A DNA stretch of 11,714 nt, taken from assembly GCA_964236955.1 (NCBI GenBank), contig CAXSGP010000128.1, positions 1 to 11,714 on the forward strand, read 5' to 3'. The position numbers were made by a program, and so were the translations under genes. The notes beneath the pieces were generated by a model. That model had not been told where the DNA came from and did no database searches. It was given only the letters and a program-made list of their open reading frames with translations. This stretch comes from an uncultured Oligoflexus sp. Its GTDB lineage: Bacteria; Bdellovibrionota_B; Oligoflexia; Oligoflexales; Oligoflexaceae. Each line of letters begins with the position of its first letter. The stretch's first letter is position 1. Of this stretch, positions 1 through 6,113 are shown in pieces.

Positions 1-245
1 GATCCGTAGTAGTAATTTTTGACGATTTTGACCTCCTACCATTAGAAACGATTTTGACTTTTTGGTCAAGTGTTGCGAGATAGCGGAGAAAAAAGCCTTA
101 ATTTTGGGTAAGGACAGTCAGCATTTAGCGATTTGAACGGAGAGGAGGACAAGTTTTTCCTGCCAACACCCTTTTTGCGTTGTTTTGCCGATGATCGATG
201 CTCCAGGCGGCTATTTAGAATCCGCCCGGGAGAGACCGCTTTTAT

Positions 246-755
246 TCAGACCTTTAAGCTCTTAAGATATTGAATAAAGGCCTTGGGAACGAAGGGTGAA
301 AAATCACCGCCGTTCTTTACAACCTCGCGAACGAGCGTCGACGAGATAAAGGATCGATCCGCCGCGGTTGGCAGAAATATCGTCTGAATATCCGGAGCGA
401 GGCAGCGATTGGTGTGAGCCATCGGCAATTCATAGTCGAAATCATTGGGACTGCGCAGTCCACGGATTAAAAATCGCGCCTCCTGCTGCCGTGCAAATTC
501 CACGACCAAACCTTTAAATGCCATCGCTTCGATGCGCCGATCGCCGGCGAAGGTAGTTTTCAAGGCTTCAATTCGGTCTTCGACCGACATAAGGGCTGCT
601 TTGCTAAGGCTATGCCCAACCGCTACTATTACTTTGTCGAAGAGTTCGAGCGCTTCCAGCACGATCCGCTCATGGCCGATCGTAAAGGGATCGAAGCTAC
701 CAGGAAAGATAGCGACCCGACTCGTTCCTGCCTTGGGTCCTGACACTTTGCTCAT
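246..755 (-). CDS. coaD: Pantetheine-phosphate adenylyltransferase
   Basis: 169 aa with AIFPGSFDPFTIGH (TxGH nucleotidyltransferase motif), LIRGLR..DFDYE..MA..N and FISSTLVRE motifs typical of CoaD. Start overlaps the rsmD stop (ATGA, 752-755). Confidence 0.97.
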   Translation of the reverse strand: MSKVSGPKAGTSRVAIFPGSFDPFTIGHERIVLEALELFDKVIVAVGHSLSKAALMSVEDRIEALKTTFAGDRRIEAMAFKGLVVEFARQQEARFLIRGLRSPNDFDYELPMAHTNRCLAPDIQTIFLPTAADRSFISSTLVREVVKNGGDFSPFVPKAFIQYLKSLKV

Positions 756-1354
756 CGATTGGCTGCTCCTCTCTTTTCAAAGAAACTTACAGCGATTTTG
801 CCGTACAGTCGTTGTTTGCAAAGAACCCATGCCGACTCCTCAGCGGCCGACCAGCCCTTAAGAAATTCGGCGGCTTCGCCATCACTTTCAGCGATGAGGA
901 GAGCATCCTCGGCCGCAATCCGGCTTAGCTCGGGCACCAATAGCCCCCACTGCTGTTTGAGGATAGCATAGGGTGGATCGAGCCATAGAATATCAAAGCT
1001 CGCCGTATTCTGCTGAGTAAGCGCTTTAGCGGCCGTCATCGCCAAGATTTGGATGATCGGTGCCTGGGGCAGGGTTTTGCCGCGACGCTCCACCTCAGCC
1101 AAATTCAATCTAAGAGCCGTGAGAGCTTCCGCGCCCGACTCCACGAAACAAGCCAAAGCTGCCCCGCGGCTTAAGGCTTCAATTCCGACCGCACCTGAGC
1201 CTGCAAAGACATCGAGGACACGGGCCCCGGAAATTTTCATTTGCAGGGAATTCATCACCGCCGAACGCACCTTGCCAGCCGTGGGACGGGTGCCCTCGGC
1301 GGCGCTTCGAAGATTCATTCCGCTACAGAATCCTGTTCTTAGCCTTAAGTTCAT
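752..1354 (-). CDS. rsmD: 16S rRNA m2G966 methyltransferase RsmD family
   Basis: RPT..KVR.A..N.L, VLDVFAGSGAVGIEALSRGA (SAM-binding) and DPPY motifs, plus the common rsmD-coaD gene order. ATG at 1354 preferred over GTG at 1381: it has GAGG upstream, and 1381 lies inside the candidate -10 box. Confidence 0.93.
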   Translation of the reverse strand: MNLRLRTGFCSGMNLRSAAEGTRPTAGKVRSAVMNSLQMKISGARVLDVFAGSGAVGIEALSRGAALACFVESGAEALTALRLNLAEVERRGKTLPQAPIIQILAMTAAKALTQQNTASFDILWLDPPYAILKQQWGLLVPELSRIAAEDALLIAESDGEAAEFLKGWSAAEESAWVLCKQRLYGKIAVSFFEKRGAANR

Positions 1355-1379
1355 CTTGTCCTCACCGGCAAAGTGTTCC

Positions 1380-1408
1380 ACTCTAATAGCGAGGCAAGCC
1401 CTTGTCCA
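1380..1408 (-). promoter_or_regulatory. Candidate sigma70 promoter for rsmD-coaD
   Basis: Minus strand TGGACA (1408-1403), 17 nt, TAGAGT (1385-1380), about 25 nt upstream of ATG 1354. Confidence 0.45.
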
Positions 1409-1466
1409 GTTGAGTGAAGCGATTCCGCTAAACGTCGATTTTCTTTAGAAGTTCGCATATTTGTTC

Positions 1467-1506
1467 TTGCAATTTGCACCATTATAACTAAAGTATCGCT
1501 ACTTTA
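1467..1506 (+). promoter_or_regulatory. Candidate sigma70 promoter for speA with overlapping palindrome
   Basis: TTGCAA (1467-1472), 16 nt, TAAAGT (1489-1494). Inverted repeat TAAAGTA-tcgc-TACTTTA at 1489-1506. Confidence 0.45.
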
Positions 1507-1531
1507 TGTCTCTTTTGGCGGGGGAAAAGCC

Positions 1532-3451
1532 ATGAATATTCAACAGATACAAGAAGCTCGGGAGCTATACGGCATTGATGGCTGGGGCGCTGGCTACTTT
1601 AGCATCGCTGACAATGGCAACGTCGTCTGTCATCCGACAGGCGAAGAGCACCTCACCATCGATTTGCCTGAGGCCATCCTCAAGTCGAAATCTTTAGGCA
1701 TTCACCCGCCGATGATCATGCGATTTCCGCAGGTTATCGACAATCAAATCGCCCGTCTCCATTCCGCTTTCAAAGAAGCCATGTGGGAATACAATTATCA
1801 AGGCAGCCATCGCGCGGTATTCCCCTTTAAGGTGAACCAACGCCGTGAATTTATCGACAATGTCGTTAAATATGGTTTAAAATACAATTATGGTCTGGAA
1901 GTCGGCAGCAAGCCTGAGTTCATCGCCGGTCTCAGCTATGATCTTGCGCCCGACGCTCTTTTCGTTTGTAACGGCTTTAAAGACCGTGAGTTCATCGACC
2001 TTGGCTTCATCGCCAAAGGCATGGGCAAAAACGTAGTGCTCGTTGTGGAAGGCCCTGACGAGCTCCAGATGATCCTCGATCAGGCCAAAGATGATCCCAA
2101 GAACTGTCCCCACGTCGGGATCCGCGTTAAGCTTTACAGCCGTGGTTCCGGCAAATGGGCGAAATCCTCTGGCGAGTCCTCGAAGTTCGGTTTGACGACG
2201 ATCGAAGTGCTGCAGTGCCTCAGCATGCTGTCCGATGCGGGCCTGTCCGACAAGCTTTATATGCTCCACTTTCACATCGGCTCGCAGGTTACCGAGATCA
2301 AACGCATCAAGAATGCGATCAAGGAAGCCTCGCGGGTTTATTCCAAAGTTCACAAGATGGGCTTCAAACCCCTCTGTCTGAACATAGGCGGTGGCGTCGG
2401 TGTTGACTATGACGGTAGCAAAACCTCCTTTGCATCCAGCGCGAACTATTCCCTGCAGGAACTCGCCAACGACGTCATCTATGAAATCGGTGAAGTCTGC
2501 AAGAACGAAGAGACGGTCTGTCCTCAGATCGTAACGGAAAGTGGCCGGGTCATTGCCGCCTATCACTCGATCGTCATTGCTGACGTCCGCGAAGTGCAGA
2601 GCACCGAGAGTTTCTCGGCAACAGGCGTCTATGATCCCCTGCTGCAGGTTAAGCCTCATCAAAAGGGTCTGGCCGAGCTCAACTATATTCTCGATAACAT
2701 CACTCGCAAAAACTTCGCCGAGTATTACCATGATGCGATCGAATACTACGAAGAGATGTTCACCCTCTTCAACCTGGGTTATGTCAGCCTTCAGGATCGT
2801 GCAACCGCCGAGCAGCTGTTCTACCGGATCTGTCGACGGGCCCTGTTCTTCTCATCGTATGAGAAACATCAGACCGAGGAATTTCAGAACCTGCAGCAGC
2901 GTATGGTCAGTAAGTTCCTCGCGAACTTCTCGATTTTCCAATCGATCCCGGACTCCTGGTCCATCGATCAATTGTTTCCTGTGATCCCTCTTTCTCACCA
3001 CGAGAAAAAGCCGACCCACAAAGCAACGATTGTCGATATCACCTGTGACTCGGACGGCTGTCTCGAACAGTTTATTGACCGAAGCGACTCGCGCAGCGTC
3101 CTTGACCTGCACTCCCCGTCTTCAAAACCATACTATCTCGGCTTTTTCCTGGTCGGCGCTTACCAGGAGAGTCTTGCCAACGAGCATAACCTCTTCGGTG
3201 CCATCAACGAAGCCGAAATCAACATGCGGGAAGACGGTCGATGGGAAATCGCCAAAACCACCGTCGGTGACCCCATTGAAGAGCTTCTTACGAGCCGTAA
3301 CTATGAAATGCCACTGATGTGGGATTCCATGAACAAACAGATCGCCACATCGGTTAGCAAGGCCATGATTTCCGAATCTGAAGGTGAGGCGATGAAGCAA
3401 AAGCTGGAAATATATTTGGCATCTTCGCCATATTTGCGTGAAGGCAAATAA
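1532..3451 (+). CDS. speA: Biosynthetic arginine decarboxylase (PLP, fold type III)
   Basis: 639 aa. LYGIDGWGAGYF, FPFKVNQ (PLP lysine), GLEVGSKPE, HFHIGSQ, IGGGVGVDYDGS, TESGR, NFSIFQSIPDSW.IDQLFP, DITCDSDG and GAYQE..HNLFG all match SpeA. Confidence 0.97.
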   Translation: MNIQQIQEARELYGIDGWGAGYFSIADNGNVVCHPTGEEHLTIDLPEAILKSKSLGIHPPMIMRFPQVIDNQIARLHSAFKEAMWEYNYQGSHRAVFPFKVNQRREFIDNVVKYGLKYNYGLEVGSKPEFIAGLSYDLAPDALFVCNGFKDREFIDLGFIAKGMGKNVVLVVEGPDELQMILDQAKDDPKNCPHVGIRVKLYSRGSGKWAKSSGESSKFGLTTIEVLQCLSMLSDAGLSDKLYMLHFHIGSQVTEIKRIKNAIKEASRVYSKVHKMGFKPLCLNIGGGVGVDYDGSKTSFASSANYSLQELANDVIYEIGEVCKNEETVCPQIVTESGRVIAAYHSIVIADVREVQSTESFSATGVYDPLLQVKPHQKGLAELNYILDNITRKNFAEYYHDAIEYYEEMFTLFNLGYVSLQDRATAEQLFYRICRRALFFSSYEKHQTEEFQNLQQRMVSKFLANFSIFQSIPDSWSIDQLFPVIPLSHHEKKPTHKATIVDITCDSDGCLEQFIDRSDSRSVLDLHSPSSKPYYLGFFLVGAYQESLANEHNLFGAINEAEINMREDGRWEIAKTTVGDPIEELLTSRNYEMPLMWDSMNKQIATSVSKAMISESEGEAMKQKLEIYLASSPYLREGK

Positions 3452-3471
3452 TTTCAGGAACTTACGAATTG

Positions 3472-3506
3472 GGAAGAACCGCAAGTCACGGTTCTTCCTT
3501 TTTTTT
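3472..3506 (+). terminator. Rho-independent terminator of speA
   Basis: Perfect 10-bp stem GGAAGAACCG/CGGTTCTTCC, 7-nt loop, then T8 (3499-3506), 20 nt after the stop. Confidence 0.92.
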
Positions 3507-3510
3507 GTTC

Positions 3511-3537
3511 TCAAGGTATCTCCGCACCTGCCGATCC
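3511..3537 (+). promoter_or_regulatory. Candidate sigma28 (FliA)-type promoter
   Basis: TCAAG (3511-3515), N14, GCCGATCC (3530-3537). Matches T(A/C)AAG-N14-GCCGATAA and lies directly after the terminator, 40 nt before ATG 3578. Confidence 0.6.
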
Positions 3538-3577
3538 TAGTCTTAAGCCACTATCACTGTGCAGGAAAGAGGATGAC

Positions 3578-4057
3578 ATGGGCATAAGTATTCAAATCGT
3601 ACAGCATGACGGCTGGGATCTTATAGGCTATGAAGGTCCTATCGATGCGGAAGCAGAGGTCCATTTAGCCCAGCTGCTCCCCAAACTAGGCGGTCACGTC
3701 GTGTTTAACTTCAGAAATACAGCGTCAGTAAATAGCTGTGGGGTACGGAGCTGGATTAATTTCATGCGCGAGCTTCAAAAGTCTCCGCGTCAGATAGTAT
3801 TCCAAGAATGTACCAGTGATATCGTACTCCAGATTAATATGATTCCGAGCTTTAAGGGCAGTGCAGCCATCCAATCTGTATACGGTGACTATGTATGTGA
3901 TGCCTGTGGGCATGAAGATAAGGTACTCTTTGAAGCTGGTAAGTCACTTCCCGCTAGCGCCGATATCGAACTTCCAGCAAGGCCCTGCCCTGAATGCGGT
4001 GCCGAAATGGAACTTGCTGAGACCGAAGAAGAATACTTTGCGTTTCTAGCAGCTTAA
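3578..4057 (+). CDS. STAS/anti-sigma-antagonist-like protein with C-terminal CxxC...CxxC zinc ribbon
   Basis: GPID, VVFNFRNTASVNSCGVRSW (equivalent to the STAS D-x-x-x-V-x-x-I-D-S-S-G region), then YVCDACG...CPECG. GAGG RBS upstream. Confidence 0.75.
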   Translation: MGISIQIVQHDGWDLIGYEGPIDAEAEVHLAQLLPKLGGHVVFNFRNTASVNSCGVRSWINFMRELQKSPRQIVFQECTSDIVLQINMIPSFKGSAAIQSVYGDYVCDACGHEDKVLFEAGKSLPASADIELPARPCPECGAEMELAETEEEYFAFLAA

Positions 4058-4098
4058 TGGATATTCTTGGGGGAGCAGGAATAGGAATGGGTGGTTAA
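4057..4098 (+). other. 13-codon micro-ORF (MDILGGAGIGMGG*) spanning the whole intergenic gap
   Basis: ATG 4057-4059 overlaps the upstream TAA (TAATG). Its TAA 4096-4098 directly abuts, in frame, the ATG at 4099. Translation is not demonstrated. Confidence 0.35.
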
Positions 4099-5094
4099 AT
4101 GTCAGAAGCGGCCAAAAATAATGACAGTCCAGCGAGGACGATTCTAACTGAATTCTCACGCTTCGATACCTTTGCCAAGGTCTTGCTCGACGCCTATGTG
4201 TTGATCGATACTCAAGGTCACGTTCTTAAAGTCAATCAAATGCTTGCGCAGCTGACCGGCCAAACCACGCGTCAGCTGCTTAAAATCGCCAACATCGACC
4301 ATATTATCGATTTTTCTGTCGACGGCATCAAACTCGGTTTTAAAGAACTCTGCGAATACGACAATACCATTCGCATTGATGAAGTGAGAGGCCAGGTTAA
4401 GGGGCAAACTGTCACCTTGAACCTGATCCTGGGCGTTTACCCCTTCGCCGATCCCGAAACCAAGGAAAAGCTTGGAGTCTTTGTCCTCATTCGCGATGTA
4501 ACAGCGGAAACCCAACTTCAGGATCAGTATAAGAGCAAAGCGATTCAGTCGATTACAGATCCGCTTACCACTCTGTTTACTCGTGCTTATTTTGAAGAAT
4601 ATCTCAATGGGCAGATCACGCGCTTGGAAAGTCTTCCAGCGGCTGACGTTTATGCCGTCTCACTGGTGATGTGTGATATCGACTTTTTTAAGAAGATCAA
4701 CGATGGTTACGGCCACCAAGCTGGTGACTATGTGCTTAAAGTTGTCGCTCGTATCATGAAACAGACCTTTCGAAAGACCGATGTCTGCTGCCGCTACGGA
4801 GGTGAGGAGTTTCTCGTTATCCTACCTGCGGCCAATGTTGAAAATGCAGGTATCGGAGCGAACAAGCTGAGGCTCGCCATAGAGAATGAAGTGATTATCT
4901 ATGAAGACAAGAGAATTCCACTGACAATGAGTTGCGGTGTGGCCGCGATCAATATCGGCAAGGAAACTTACCTGGAAACCTTGGCTCGTGCTGACCTTGC
5001 CCTTTACGAATGTAAACACAAAGGTCGAAACCTGGTATCGCTGCATGACGGCGAAAAGATCATCATCACCCGTCGAGATCCACAGGTTGATTGA
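4099..5094 (+). CDS. PAS-domain diguanylate cyclase (GGDEF family)
   Basis: N-terminal PAS-like segment (DAYVLIDTQGHVLKVNQ...LIRDVT), TDPLT, DIDFFKKINDGYGHQAGD, RKTD I-site five residues before GGEEF, ADLALYECK..GRN. No transmembrane segment. Confidence 0.95.
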   Translation: MSEAAKNNDSPARTILTEFSRFDTFAKVLLDAYVLIDTQGHVLKVNQMLAQLTGQTTRQLLKIANIDHIIDFSVDGIKLGFKELCEYDNTIRIDEVRGQVKGQTVTLNLILGVYPFADPETKEKLGVFVLIRDVTAETQLQDQYKSKAIQSITDPLTTLFTRAYFEEYLNGQITRLESLPAADVYAVSLVMCDIDFFKKINDGYGHQAGDYVLKVVARIMKQTFRKTDVCCRYGGEEFLVILPAANVENAGIGANKLRLAIENEVIIYEDKRIPLTMSCGVAAINIGKETYLETLARADLALYECKHKGRNLVSLHDGEKIIITRRDPQVD

Positions 5095-5249
5095 GAGCCG
5101 GCCTTGGGATTCTCCAGATACCGTAAGCCTCACCAAATCCTAGGCGCACCCTATACTTTTCAATGTCCTCCTTCCTGATTGCATTCATACTTTGAAATCC
5201 CAGGTATACAAAAGAGTTGGTGGTTCGGGAATTCCGGGGCCTTCGCCGC

Positions 5250-5286
5250 TCGTCGGCGATACCCTCGATCCCGACGATTTTTCTTT
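5250..5286 (+). terminator. Probable intrinsic terminator 155 nt downstream of the cyclase gene
   Basis: TCGTCGG-c-GAT / 7-nt loop / ATC-CCGACGA (10 bp with one bulge) followed by TTTTTCTTT. Confidence 0.6.
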
Positions 5287-5463
5287 GCACTGGAATCGCG
5301 GCCAAAGCCGTCCCGCTGAAGACTCACTCCCAATTCAGATAAACCCATAAGAATTCCTTGCTGCAAATCGCCGGGAAAACAGCCAACTCGCTGAGTTATT
5401 TTCAATTCAAATATGTATAAATATGGAACATTTCGTTATTTCCTACACTTTCCAAAAGCTCAT

Positions 5464-5491
5464 TCAAGTTTTTCGAACTTTTTACCGATCA
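5464..5491 (+). promoter_or_regulatory. Candidate sigma28 (FliA)-type promoter
   Basis: TCAAGTTT (5464-5471) ... ACCGATCA (5484-5491), i.e. TCAAG-N15-ACCGAT, 50 nt before ATG 5541. Confidence 0.5.
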
Positions 5492-5540
5492 AGCAAGTAA
5501 GGCCCTTTGGTTTTGAGAATGCTCTCGGGAGTCCCTTGTT

Positions 5541-6092
5541 ATGACCCTTCGCCCCCCTATCACCGCTCTCATTCTTGTTATCCTTGGCACGGCCTGCATA
5601 AGACCACCGGACCGACACGTTGTGGCCAAGCCTAAGGGGGGTGGAATAGAGACAGAAGATCAAGCCGACACTTCGGAACCTTCAGGCGTAAGCAGTGCCG
5701 ATGGTGGGGCTTCGCTGCCATCAACCGATCCGGTCGATGCGAATTTTCCCAGCGAAATCATCCTCGCGAACGCCAAGTTCACGGGCGAGGAAAATAAATT
5801 GCAGGCTTCCGTCGTTTTTGGAGGGGTAACGAACTCAAGCTTAAACCTCACGGCCAAGTCTGATGGCGTATTGATTACCATTCCCTCGCTACCAACCAAT
5901 AAGGCCGACACGCTTGTCGTCGAAATCTACCAGGACAAGATCCTGCGATTTATTGCTCGTCGCGCCAATACTTTAGTGGAAAAAGGCAAAGTAAACACCT
6001 GGACCCTGGAGGATTGTGATGTTACGCGGGTGCCATGGGACGGTGAAGACAATCAAGGTATCTGCGGCTGGTCCATCGAAGACAATAAATAA
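5541..6092 (+). CDS. Hypothetical lipoprotein
   Basis: 183 aa. Signal peptide ends LGTAC (Cys19), followed by an acidic/Ser/Pro/Gly linker and a ~110 aa beta-strand-rich domain with two Cys. GGAG upstream; 21-nt gap to the protease gene. Confidence 0.8.
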   Translation: MTLRPPITALILVILGTACIRPPDRHVVAKPKGGGIETEDQADTSEPSGVSSADGGASLPSTDPVDANFPSEIILANAKFTGEENKLQASVVFGGVTNSSLNLTAKSDGVLITIPSLPTNKADTLVVEIYQDKILRFIARRANTLVEKGKVNTWTLEDCDVTRVPWDGEDNQGICGWSIEDNK

Positions 6093-6113
6093 CCCATAAG
6101 AGGCAGGTACCCC

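Noticed and set aside
17..60. CtsR box (GGTCAAA repeats on minus)
   Set aside because: Heptad spacing is 9 rather than 10 nt, and nothing else in the window suggests a CtsR-containing lineage.
75..245. c-di-GMP-I (GEMM) riboswitch downstream of coaD (GGCAAAAC...CGCAAA on minus)
   Set aside because: Lacks the GNRA-capped P1 stem, correct GCAAA placement and the P2 tetraloop receptor.
1422..1447. Third sigma28-like promoter on minus (TAAAG-N14-GCGGAAT) upstream of rsmD
   Set aside because: Poor -10 match, and a better sigma70-like promoter lies closer to the gene.
1877..2731. 284-aa antisense ORF inside speA
   Set aside because: Shadow of a well-conserved, codon-biased gene; no recognisable motifs.
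4099..5094. Hypr-type GGDEF enzyme making 3',3'-cGAMP (GacA-like)
   Set aside because: The specificity position in GHQAGD is Asp, as in ordinary diguanylate cyclases, not Ser/Thr.
5215..5290. tRNA or tmRNA remnant (minus strand reads ...CCGAACCACCA)
   Set aside because: No T-arm at the correct distance and no cloverleaf or acceptor stem can be built.
5066..5405. Minus-strand ORFs of 79 and 81 aa in the intergenic region
   Set aside because: TTG starts without convincing RBS, no motifs, and one overlaps the cyclase 3' end; cannot be supported.
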